In this document: positions 55,425 to 64,000 of the stretch, piece after piece
Layout of the letters: every line of letters starts with the position of its first letter
How positions within the stretch are numbered: the stretch's first letter is position 1
IMG/VR virus record: IMGVR_UViG_3300042197_002243
Length of the DNA stretch: 64,000 nucleotides
Source of the DNA: a virus
Reading direction: 5' to 3' (one strand)
Notes under the pieces: generated by a model
Database searches by the model: none
Told to the model about the DNA's origin: nothing
The model's input: the letters and a program-made list of their open reading frames with translations, nothing else
Translations under genes and position numbers: made by a program

Positions 55425-55457
55425 TATTTATAAAAAAAGGGGGCAGTTGCCTGCCCC
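55425..55457 (-). terminator. tail-fibre terminator fused to late promoter
   Basis: GGGGCAG-gcaa-CTGCCCC + T run then TATAAATA. Confidence 0.8.
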
Positions 55458-55481
55458 GATTAGAACTTAGTCAGTGACGAA

Positions 55482-58400
55482 TCACTTTTTGAGTTCTTCG
55501 ATTTCTGCCTTCAGCGCAGCGATCATTTCGCCTTGCTCACGTACAGCAGCGATCAGAACACCAACAAGACCGTTATAGTTAACAGTCTTATGAGTATCAC
55601 CTGTTTGTACGAGTTGTGGCAGGTGCTCTTCAATCTGTTGTGCAACGACACCGCAGGTTTCAGCACCACTTGACTTCCAAGTGAAGTGTACACCTTCCAG
55701 TTTTCCAACCAGTTCGGATGCATTTTCAATAACGCGGATATTATCCTTCAGGTTTCTATCCGAAGTTGAGTTGAAATCTGTTGCAGTAACAATTCCACTT
55801 GAGTTGACATTAGCACAAGTCAATTGACCAGTAATGGTCATCGTTGTGTTTGCATTAACTGCACCAGTAAACGTCGAAATACCAGTGTTGCTGATGAACA
55901 GCGAATTAAAGGTATTTGGAGCATATCCAAGAGCAGTCTCAAGGGTTGCAATGGTTGTTGCGTCAACAGAGTTGATTCCAACCAGAGCTGAAGAGTTAAC
56001 CCACTCAGAACCGTTATACTGGAGAATTTGACCGTTTGAAGATGATGTTAAGGTAACATCTGAAAGGTCATTCAGTGAGTTAATTGATCCACCATAAGTT
56101 GAAACATTGTATGCATAGAATTCAACAACATCTCCAGCAAATGCAGCTTCACCCAGAGTAACTGAAGTTCCATTATTCGCAGTAAACTCACTAGGAGCAA
56201 GTTTAACACCATTAACGTAGATATCGAGATATCCAACAGTATAATCAACGGTGAATGAAGTTTGACCAGAAGTTGCAGTCTGAACAGAAGTAGTTCTCAA
56301 CTGTGGGAGAACGCTACCAATATCCGACCAAGAAACTCCAGTTCCAACTGATTTCAGAACATATCCAATTGTTCCTGTAGAATCATTTGCATCTGTAAGA
56401 GCACCACCAATATCAATACCACCAGTAGCGGTTACGATACCAGAAGCAACAACACTTACAAGTGAAATGTTATCGTCTAAATCAATGTCAACACCATTAG
56501 AAGCAGCAGTGGTATTAATATTTGTACCACCAGTGATTGCTAATGCTTCGGTTAAGAGATTGATTGTTTCAGAACCAGAGTCTCCAGTTACTGTTAAAGC
56601 AGTTCCAACCGCAGCCGTACCAACAGATGTTAAACGACCCTTGGAATCAACAGTGAATGTAGGAATTTCAGTTGATGAACCATAAGAACCAGTAGTAACT
56701 CCAGTGTTTGCTAAAGTAAGAGCAAGTCCAACATTAGCAGTACCATCAAACGAAACTGCAGATGCAGTTGCGTCTCCAGAGATGCTAAAGTCACGAGCAG
56801 TATCAAGAGCAGTCGCTGTATCAGCATTGCCTGTCAAGTTGCCAGTTACGTTACCTGTTACAGTTCCAATGAATCCACCAGTTGCCGTTATGATTCCTGA
56901 AGCATTAACATTAGCGATTGTTAATGAATTTGCACTCAGAACTTCTGTGTTGTTGATCTTATATACTTTTCCAGAAGCAAGATTCAGGTTTTCTGATGAA
57001 CCGAAGTTATCACCTGTTGCTTCAAATTGGAAAGTCTTATTTCCATCACCGGACTGAACGGTGAATCCTCCACCGTTAGCTGCAGCATCATTAACTGCAC
57101 CATCAGCAAGAAGAATATTCAGATCATCAACAGTAACTGTTGTTGAATTAATAGTGGTTGTTGTACCATCAACTTGAAGATCGCCCTTGATTACAACCGT
57201 TCCAGTATTGTCACCAACAGCAGCAGGGTCAATAGTAATGGTTGCAGGACCAGAAATGGTATTGGTATTGATACCAATTGCAGAACCAGAAGCACCAGTT
57301 TTAAACTCAGCTGCGGTTACGATACCAGAAGCAACAACACTTGTCAGTGAGATATTTGGATCAAGATCAATTGTAACTGTGTCAGATGAAACTGAAGATG
57401 TTAAATTAGTTCCACCAGATACTGTGAGAATATCTGTAAGTAAACTAATAACGCTAGATCCAGTATCACCGGCAACGGTCATTCCAGTTGAAACTGAAAC
57501 AGAACCTGCGGCAGTTAAACGACCTTTAGAGTCAACAGTGAATGTAGGAATTTCTGAAGCAGAACCATAAGAACCAGTGGTAACTCCAGTGTTTGCTAAA
57601 GTAAGAGCAAGCCCAACATTAGCAGTACCATCAAATGAAACTGCAGCAGCAGTTGCATCACCAGAAATACTGAAGTCGCGGGCAGTATCAAGAGCAGTTG
57701 CTGTATCGGCATTACCAGTTACGTTACCGGTTAAGTTTCCAGAGAAACCACTAGTAGCGGTGGCTACACCAGTTACAACTACACCAGAAGCGTTAGTATC
57801 AAATGCAGCAGCGTTAACTTCACCAGTTACGTTACCTGTCAGGTTTCCAGAGAAACCACTAGTAGCAGTAGCAACACCTGTAACTACAACACCAGAAGCA
57901 TTGGTATCAAACGAAACCGAATTAACTTCACCAGTTAAATCTCCAGTTACGTTACCTGTTACATCACCGGTTACGTTACCTGTTAAGTTTCCAGAGAAAC
58001 CACTAGTAGCAGTAGCAACACCAGTTACAACTACACCAGAAGCATTAGTATCAAATGAAACCGAATTAACTTCACCAGTTAAATCTCCAGTTACGTTACC
58101 TGTTAAGTTTCCAGAGAAACCACTAGTAGCGGTTACAACACCAGAAGCAACAACACTTGTCAGTGAGATATTTGGATCCAGGTTAATTGTAACTGTGTTT
58201 GAAGCAGCTGAAGAAGTCAGGTTTGTACCACCAGAAACTGTCAGAGTTTCTGTAAGTAAATTAATGTCTTCCGAACCCGAATCGCCGGCAACGGTAAGTG
58301 CAGTACCTACAGATGCAGTTCCAGCAGCAGTTAAACGACCTCTTGAATCAACAGTAAATGTAGGAATTGAGGTAGATGAACCGTAAGAACCAGCAGCAAC

Positions 58401-60887
58401 TCCAGTTGTTGATAATCCAAGGGTAACTGCAGCGGTTTCAGAACCAGATCCTGAAACAACAATGTCGGATGAACCAGAATCAGCAATAGTAGCTACATAG
58501 TCGCCAGTTGTATCGGTTCCAAGTCCAACCGAATTTGGTTGAATAGTTGCTGCAATCGAAACGTTAGCAGTACCATCAAACGAAACTTGACCAACTACAT
58601 CACCAGTTAACTCAATAGTTCTTGCAGTTTGCAGAGCAGTTGCTGTATCGGCATTACCAGTTACGTTACCAGTTAAGTTTCCGGAGAAACCACTAGTAGC
58701 GGTGGCTACACCAGTTACAACTACACCAGAAGCATTGGTATCAAACGAAACTGAATTAACTTCACCAGTTAAATCTCCAGTTACGTTACCAGTTACGTTA
58801 CCCGTCAGATTTCCAGAGAAACCACTAGTAGCAGTAGCAACACCAGTTACAACTACACCAGAAGCGTTAGTATCAAATGCAGCAGCGTTAACTTCACCAG
58901 TTAAGTCTCCAGTTACATTACCAGTTAAGTTTCCTGAGAAACCACTAGTAGCAGTAGCAACACCAGTAACTACAACACCAGAAGCATTGGTATCAAATGC
59001 AGCTGAGTTAACTTCACCAGTTAAGTCTCCAGTTACGTTACCTGTTACATCACCGGTTACGTTACCTGTTAAAGGACCAAAGAATGAAGTAGCGGTTACA
59101 ACACCAGAAGCATTAACATTAGTAATTGAAAGTGAAGTTGCACTCAGAACTTCAGTACCATTGATCTTATATGATTTTCCTGAAGCAAGATTGAAGTTTT
59201 CGCTTGATTTTAATGCAGTATTAGCATGATCATACAATAAAGTATTGTCAGGACCAATTTTAATACCAGCACCATCAGCGAGCGCGTCAGTTGTTGCTGT
59301 TGTAGCAATACCAACAATAAAGTCTCCGAGTTCAATTACCGTAGAATTAATAACGGTTTGAACGCCGTCAACAAACAGGTCACCTTTAATTCTTACAGCA
59401 CCAGTATTATCACCAACAGCAGCAGGATCAATGGTAATTTCTGAAGGACCAGAAATTGTATTGCTGCTAATTCCGATTGCAGCGCCAGCAGCACCAGTTT
59501 TAAATTCGGATGCAGTTACGATACCAGAAGCGACAACGCTTGTCAGTGAGATATTTGGATCAAGATCAACTGTAACTGTGTTTGATGCAGCTGAAGAAGT
59601 AAGGTTTGTACCACCAGAAACTGTTAAGGTTTCTGTGAGTAAATTGATAGTTTCAGTTCCAGTATCACCAGCAACGGTCATTCCAGTTGAAACTGAAACA
59701 GAACCTGCGGCGGTTAAACGACCCTTTGCATCAACAGTAAATGTAGGAATTTCCGAGGAAGAACCATATGATCCAGGAGTTACTGCTGTATTTACAAGGT
59801 CAACTGTAATTGTATTGCTTGCTGCAGATGCAGAAATACTTCCTGCAGCACCAGCGACAGTCAGAGTTTCAGTTAACAGATTAATGGTCTCAGAACCAGA
59901 ATTTCCAGCAACTGTTAAAGCAGTACCAACCGCAGCTGTACCAGCGGCAGTTAAACGACCTTTAGAATCAACAGTGAATGTAGGAATTTCGGTTGATGAA
60001 CCATAAGAACCAGTGGTAACTCCAGTGTTTGCTAAAGTAAGTGCGAGTCCAACGTTAGCAGTACCATCAAATGAGACTGCAGCAGCAGTTGCGTCTCCAG
60101 AAATACTGAAGTCGCGGGCAGTATCAAGAGCAGTTGCTGTATCAGCATTACCAGTTACGTTACCTGTTAAGTTTCCAGAGAAACCACTAGTAGCAGTAGC
60201 AACACCAGTTACAACTACACCAGAAGCATTTGTATCAAACGAAGCCGCATTAACTTCACCAGTTAAGTCTCCAGTTACATTACCAGTTACATTACCAGTT
60301 AAAGGACCAGAGAATGAAGTAGCAGTAGCAACACCTGTAACTACAACACCAGAAGCATTAGTATCAAATGCAGCAGCGTTAACTTCACCAGTTAAGTCTC
60401 CAGTTACATTACCAGTTAAAGGACCAGAGAATGAAGTAGCAGTAGCAACACCAGTTACAACAACACCCGATGGGTTTGTATCAAATGCAGCAGCATTTAC
60501 TTCACCAGTTAAGTTACCCGTTACATTACCAGTTAAGTTTCCTGAGAAACCACTAGTAGCAGTAGCAACACCAGTTACAACAACACCCGATGGGTTTGTA
60601 TCAAATGCAGCAGAGTCAACTTCACCAGTTAAGTTGCCTTCTACATTACCTGCTACGTTACCAGTTAAAGGACCATAAAATCTTCCTTCTCCAGATACTT
60701 CAAAATTAGCAGCAGTAACGATACCAGTAATTCTGGCATCACCAACAACTACAAATTTTGAATCTGGAAATGCCGTACCAATACCGACCTTTGTTGAAGC
60801 TGAGTTGGAAGTAATTCCAATATATCTCGAACTTGCGTCCAGCTCCAAAAATGACGCAAATTGCGATAGTTCTCTATTAAATGCCAT
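55482..60887 (-). CDS. long tail fibre (1801 aa) with C-terminal intramolecular chaperone (peptidase S74-like)
   Basis: G/T/A/V-rich repeats; TSDRNLKDNI...GVVAQQIE...VNYNGL plus terminal coiled coil. Confidence 0.88.
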   Translation of the reverse strand: MAFNRELSQFASFLELDASSRYIGITSNSASTKVGIGTAFPDSKFVVVGDARITGIVTAANFEVSGEGRFYGPLTGNVAGNVEGNLTGEVDSAAFDTNPSGVVVTGVATATSGFSGNLTGNVTGNLTGEVNAAAFDTNPSGVVVTGVATATSFSGPLTGNVTGDLTGEVNAAAFDTNASGVVVTGVATATSFSGPLTGNVTGNVTGDLTGEVNAASFDTNASGVVVTGVATATSGFSGNLTGNVTGNADTATALDTARDFSISGDATAAAVSFDGTANVGLALTLANTGVTTGSYGSSTEIPTFTVDSKGRLTAAGTAAVGTALTVAGNSGSETINLLTETLTVAGAAGSISASAASNTITVDLVNTAVTPGSYGSSSEIPTFTVDAKGRLTAAGSVSVSTGMTVAGDTGTETINLLTETLTVSGGTNLTSSAASNTVTVDLDPNISLTSVVASGIVTASEFKTGAAGAAIGISSNTISGPSEITIDPAAVGDNTGAVRIKGDLFVDGVQTVINSTVIELGDFIVGIATTATTDALADGAGIKIGPDNTLLYDHANTALKSSENFNLASGKSYKINGTEVLSATSLSITNVNASGVVTATSFFGPLTGNVTGDVTGNVTGDLTGEVNSAAFDTNASGVVVTGVATATSGFSGNLTGNVTGDLTGEVNAAAFDTNASGVVVTGVATATSGFSGNLTGNVTGNVTGDLTGEVNSVSFDTNASGVVVTGVATATSGFSGNLTGNVTGNADTATALQTARTIELTGDVVGQVSFDGTANVSIAATIQPNSVGLGTDTTGDYVATIADSGSSDIVVSGSGSETAAVTLGLSTTGVAAGSYGSSTSIPTFTVDSRGRLTAAGTASVGTALTVAGDSGSEDINLLTETLTVSGGTNLTSSAASNTVTINLDPNISLTSVVASGVVTATSGFSGNLTGNVTGDLTGEVNSVSFDTNASGVVVTGVATATSGFSGNLTGNVTGDVTGNVTGDLTGEVNSVSFDTNASGVVVTGVATATSGFSGNLTGNVTGEVNAAAFDTNASGVVVTGVATATSGFSGNLTGNVTGNADTATALDTARDFSISGDATAAAVSFDGTANVGLALTLANTGVTTGSYGSASEIPTFTVDSKGRLTAAGSVSVSTGMTVAGDTGSSVISLLTDILTVSGGTNLTSSVSSDTVTIDLDPNISLTSVVASGIVTAAEFKTGASGSAIGINTNTISGPATITIDPAAVGDNTGTVVIKGDLQVDGTTTTINSTTVTVDDLNILLADGAVNDAAANGGGFTVQSGDGNKTFQFEATGDNFGSSENLNLASGKVYKINNTEVLSANSLTIANVNASGIITATGGFIGTVTGNVTGNLTGNADTATALDTARDFSISGDATASAVSFDGTANVGLALTLANTGVTTGSYGSSTEIPTFTVDSKGRLTSVGTAAVGTALTVTGDSGSETINLLTEALAITGGTNINTTAASNGVDIDLDDNISLVSVVASGIVTATGGIDIGGALTDANDSTGTIGYVLKSVGTGVSWSDIGSVLPQLRTTSVQTATSGQTSFTVDYTVGYLDIYVNGVKLAPSEFTANNGTSVTLGEAAFAGDVVEFYAYNVSTYGGSINSLNDLSDVTLTSSSNGQILQYNGSEWVNSSALVGINSVDATTIATLETALGYAPNTFNSLFISNTGISTFTGAVNANTTMTITGQLTCANVNSSGIVTATDFNSTSDRNLKDNIRVIENASELVGKLEGVHFTWKSSGAETCGVVAQQIEEHLPQLVQTGDTHKTVNYNGLVGVLIAAVREQGEMIAALKAEIEELKK
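56500..60680 (-). repeat. nested coding repeats in the tail fibre (boundaries approximate)
   Basis: 10 copies of the ~40-aa FDTN unit (4+3+3), 4 ADTATAL modules, 5 GSYGS..IPTFTVD..GRLT modules. Confidence 0.9.
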
Positions 60888-60963
60888 TGTCTCCTTTTAG
60901 CGGATGGGGGTTTTTAGATCTAAAAAGCCATCCTCGTGCCGTCGCACTAGGCTTCAAATATAT

Positions 60964-61515
60964 TTAGAAACTACTTAATGAAACCCTCTTCCAACTATTT
61001 GACGATATGCAAACGTAGAGATAATCTGAGTCATATGACATTTGTCCTGGCAATCCAGAAGAACTTGAGGATGTTGGAGGATTATGAATTACGTTTGGAG
61101 AAACTCCAGTAGATGGCGTATTGTATGCATGAAAATCTATAATTTCTCCACCATAAGTTGTTTCGTTAAAAATTACTGAAGTGCCATTAGTTGCAATAAA
61201 ATCTGATGGTGCTAATTTGACACCATTTACAAATACATCTAAAAATCCTACAGTATAATTTAAAGTAAATGTATTCGTATTTGCAATTGCAACCGTTGAG
61301 GAAGTATTTCTTAAAACTGAACCCGAAGCCCAGGTAACCCCAATACCAGTGGATTGTAAATATTGCCCACTCTGACCCGTTGTAGAACCAGTACTAATTG
61401 ATGTAATAGTGGTAATACCAACAATGTTTACACCACCAGTTACATTTAATGCAGATATGGAAGAAGATATTCCTACATTTAACTTTGGTAATCTGCCACT
61501 AAGAAGTTTTGCCAT
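60964..61515 (-). CDS. tail-fibre-associated protein
   Basis: YTVGFLDVFVNGVKLAPSDF domain shared with the big fibre; C-terminal GQMSYDSDYLYVC...WKR. Confidence 0.75.
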   Translation of the reverse strand: MAKLLSGRLPKLNVGISSSISALNVTGGVNIVGITTITSISTGSTTGQSGQYLQSTGIGVTWASGSVLRNTSSTVAIANTNTFTLNYTVGFLDVFVNGVKLAPSDFIATNGTSVIFNETTYGGEIIDFHAYNTPSTGVSPNVIHNPPTSSSSSGLPGQMSYDSDYLYVCISSNSWKRVSLSSF

Positions 61516-61535
61516 TTTACTATTTCACTCTCCCA

Positions 61536-61877
61536 TCACTTCAGTGTTTCGATTACGCTTACGGTAAACTTCAAATTGGTTGCATTGCTTCCAGATATTT
61601 GTAAAACATCATTCGATTCCAACACCAATTTTCCATCAAGAAAACTTGCAGCATCATTTGCTGGAATTGTGAAATCTTTTACTATCTCCGTAGTAACAGC
61701 AGTTCCAGCTACTGTTCTTTTGTGAGAAAAAGTTACTGTTTCTGGTTGAGTGCTGGTATTTGCAACTTGTGCTAAAAGAACTACACCAGCATATCCAATT
61801 GGAGCTGTGTAAATTCCAACGGTGTTTGTTGGTACAACTTGAGTAACTGTTTTAAATACATTTAATGCTAATGCCAT
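61536..61877 (-). CDS. small structural beta protein
   Basis: IYTAP...GKLVLESNDVL; tail cluster. Confidence 0.7.
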   Translation of the reverse strand: MALALNVFKTVTQVVPTNTVGIYTAPIGYAGVVLLAQVANTSTQPETVTFSHKRTVAGTAVTTEIVKDFTIPANDAASFLDGKLVLESNDVLQISGSNATNLKFTVSVIETLK

Positions 61878-61884
61878 GACTTAA

Positions 61885-63462
61885 TTAACCTCCTAGTGCT
61901 AAGATGTAAGGTGTTACGTTTGCAAGAACACTCTTCTGATAAAAATTACCATATACTGTTCCGGTATTTTGATTGATGACTACACCATCACCAATTCTAA
62001 AATTACCAGATTGATCTGTGCTAGTATATACAACTAACCCACCATTTCTCATATCAACCTCATTTGCTTGAATTGCAACACCACCTTGAGCAGGAAGAGC
62101 AGAACTAATATCAGTCCCAGAACCAATATATTCGAATGCGTGTCCAGATGCAAGAATTCTACTTTGCTTAAATATTGGAACAGTTGTTCCAACTCCAACT
62201 GTATATGGCAACTGTTCTGCAATCGTAAACGTGCATATACCTGCATGAGGCAAAGTACATCTTTCAATTGCATAATATTTTGGTTTAACAGTCAATGCTA
62301 TCGTGGCAGTATTAATTCCAACATCGGGTGCAGATACAGTAACTGTTGGAATAGTTTCAAATCCTCTTCCACTAGAAATTAAATTTATTTCATTAAGAGA
62401 TCCACTAGAAATATCTGCTGTTGCCTGGGCTGCGATTCCCCATGGAGTTTCTGGATCACTGATTGTAATTGTTGGTGCGTTGAAATAACCAGATCCATGA
62501 TTTGCTATCGATACGGTTTCAACTTCATAATAAAGTTTTCCAAAATAAACCACTTGACCATCAAAAAGTCTTGTCGTTCCAACACCAGAAATAGTAAACG
62601 ATGTTGCTCCTGCATCAGCATTTGACGTAACAATACCAGTTAAAATAGTATTGCTTACACCATCTGCAACTAAACCATAGTTACCAAAAGATGAATTTGA
62701 GTTTGTTAAATCACATGCTCCACCACTTCCACAATAAACTGCAATGTCATCACAAATGGTGAACAATGAAACCAACTGAGCATATCCACTGTTGGTAATT
62801 GAAACTCCTATACCACCTTGATTGTATTGGGTATAAGAGTCTAAAACCATGCTTTTTAAATTTCCAGATGCATGATTACCATCCACACGCATTCCAATAC
62901 TACTGGAAATAAAATTGGTGCAGTTTTGAATATAAGGTGATTGTGTTATATTGCCCGCACCAGCAGGATCAAATGCAATTACTGCTGCAGTACTAGCTGC
63001 GCCAGTAAATGACATTTCTGCAATATAGTTACCATTTGTAACATAAAATAAATCTGATGATGTATTTTGTGGAGATATTGATACTTCTCTTAAACTACTT
63101 CCGACAATACTTACCTGTTCAGGAAGACTTATTGGATTATTTTCAATATAATTTCCTGGAGATACTTTAATAACTGTACCTGCAGATGCTAACGCCACGG
63201 CACCGGCAATAGTTGCTTTTGCATCTCCCAATTTTTTTCCTGTATTGCTGTCATTGCCATCAGCAGTCACGTACAAGACGTTAGTTACTGTAGCACCGAC
63301 ACCCAATGATACAATGTCAGTACCAATACCCGTTCTTTCTCTGCGGGTATAAAGTTCTGCATCAAACGTATTAAGACCAAGTTCCCCCAGCTGCAAATCA
63401 GCAACTGACGGTCTTTTTCCGGGGACGGAAGACCGCTTTATTCTAATATTCGGATTTGCCAT
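61885..63462 (-). CDS. tail spike/fibre-like protein with beta-helix domain
   Basis: IRIKRSSVPGKRP N-terminus, LYVTADGNDSNTG..TIAGA..GTVIKVSPGNY, SPYIQNCT. Confidence 0.75.
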   Translation of the reverse strand: MANPNIRIKRSSVPGKRPSVADLQLGELGLNTFDAELYTRRERTGIGTDIVSLGVGATVTNVLYVTADGNDSNTGKKLGDAKATIAGAVALASAGTVIKVSPGNYIENNPISLPEQVSIVGSSLREVSISPQNTSSDLFYVTNGNYIAEMSFTGAASTAAVIAFDPAGAGNITQSPYIQNCTNFISSSIGMRVDGNHASGNLKSMVLDSYTQYNQGGIGVSITNSGYAQLVSLFTICDDIAVYCGSGGACDLTNSNSSFGNYGLVADGVSNTILTGIVTSNADAGATSFTISGVGTTRLFDGQVVYFGKLYYEVETVSIANHGSGYFNAPTITISDPETPWGIAAQATADISSGSLNEINLISSGRGFETIPTVTVSAPDVGINTATIALTVKPKYYAIERCTLPHAGICTFTIAEQLPYTVGVGTTVPIFKQSRILASGHAFEYIGSGTDISSALPAQGGVAIQANEVDMRNGGLVVYTSTDQSGNFRIGDGVVINQNTGTVYGNFYQKSVLANVTPYILALGG

Positions 63463-63539
63463 TCAACCTCCACATGTTCGGTATGTACCGTAGATGCCGA
63501 TATATATCGGCATATCTATTAGTTATTAAGTATATTTAT

Positions 63540-63731
63540 TCAATTATAATGTTCGGGATTTACAATAGTTCGAGAATCTGACTCATATTTTTTAATTTTG
63601 TCCTCCAATTCAACTATTTTTGCAAGTGCTTGTTCCAGTTTAGTTTCTGCAACAACAAGTTGTGTAAATAAGTCCATTGCTTTTTTTTGATAAGTATTCA
63701 AAAGATACTTCAAATCATTTTCAGTTGCCAT
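63540..63731 (-). CDS. small coiled-coil protein
   Basis: Heptad pattern. Confidence 0.65.
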   Translation of the reverse strand: MATENDLKYLLNTYQKKAMDLFTQLVVAETKLEQALAKIVELEDKIKKYESDSRTIVNPEHYN

Positions 63732-63740
63732 TATTTAAAA

Positions 63741-64000
63741 TCAGAAAGTTCCGCAGTCGATAGTAATATTGATAAGGTTTCTTGTTGATCCGGAGCATGA
63801 AATTACTTGTGAAGATCCAGCACAGTCATTGACATAAAGTGATCCAATTTCTACATTTGCATATCCAGAAGCAGATAATACTCCAGATGACTCGGAAACT
63901 TGTGAAGCAAGAACAATTCTTGATGCACTATCGTCCCAATAAACAGCCGCTTTTTTAGCAGTTCCATCAAAATAGTTTAACAACAATCCAAGATCGAGAT
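63741..64000 (-). CDS. 3' end of a tail-fibre-like gene (partial)
   Basis: Open frame from the window edge, ends ITIDCGTF. Confidence 0.65.
   Translation of the reverse strand, partial: LDLGLLLNYFDGTAKKAAVYWDDSASRIVLASQVSESSGVLSASGYANVEIGSLYVNDCAGSSQVISCSGSTRNLINITIDCGTF

Noticed and set aside
55834-60678. Several long plus-strand ORFs (up to 269 aa)
   Set aside because: Mirror of the repetitive G/T/A/V codons of the tail fibre
56500-60680. Possible CRISPR array or DGR template/variable repeats
   Set aside because: Repeats are in-frame coding units without unique spacers; no adenine-specific variation noticed and no reverse transcriptase or cas gene in the window
1-64000. Stop-codon reassignment
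   Set aside because: Core genes are full length in the standard code and no suppressor anticodon is present (Ser anticodon UGA reads UCA)

Overview
This window is a 64-kb segment of a T4-like myovirus genome, most likely a cyanophage (cyanomyovirus). The host assignment is inferred from the gene set (cobS-like ATPase, hsp20, mazG, carbamoyltransferase, Trp-halogenase homologue, mostly U34 tRNAs); no photosynthesis genes lie in the window. Nearly everything is on the minus strand. In transcription order (right to left): tail-fibre/structural genes including an 1801-aa repeat fibre, g17-g23 head and tail genes, a GIY-YIG endonuclease, g3, uvsY, uvsW, g55, g47, g46, a vWA-peptidase/CobS pair, g45, g44, a DruA-like gene, g62, regA, hsp20, g43, uvsX, g41, mazG, tRNA-Ala, late hypothetical genes, g61, nrdA, nrdB, rlpA. 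It ends in a cluster of eight tRNAs interleaved with an HNH nuclease, dps, a flavin halogenase, a Phd/YefM-like antitoxin and a carbamoyltransferase. Most interesting unexplained signals: (1) late, modular K/E/Cys-rich proteins that look like prohead-protease-processed cargo polyproteins, plus proteins with T4-type capsid-targeting leaders; (2) several structured non-coding RNA candidates (an 84-nt element between two tRNAs, a long rlpA leader, a ROSE-like hsp20 thermometer, a promoter-terminator unit with no ORF); (3) a near-consensus antisense promoter back-to-back with the g55 promoter; (4) a promoter class with CCAGTT exactly 43 nt upstream of the -10. All calls come from motif recognition by eye; no database searches were run.
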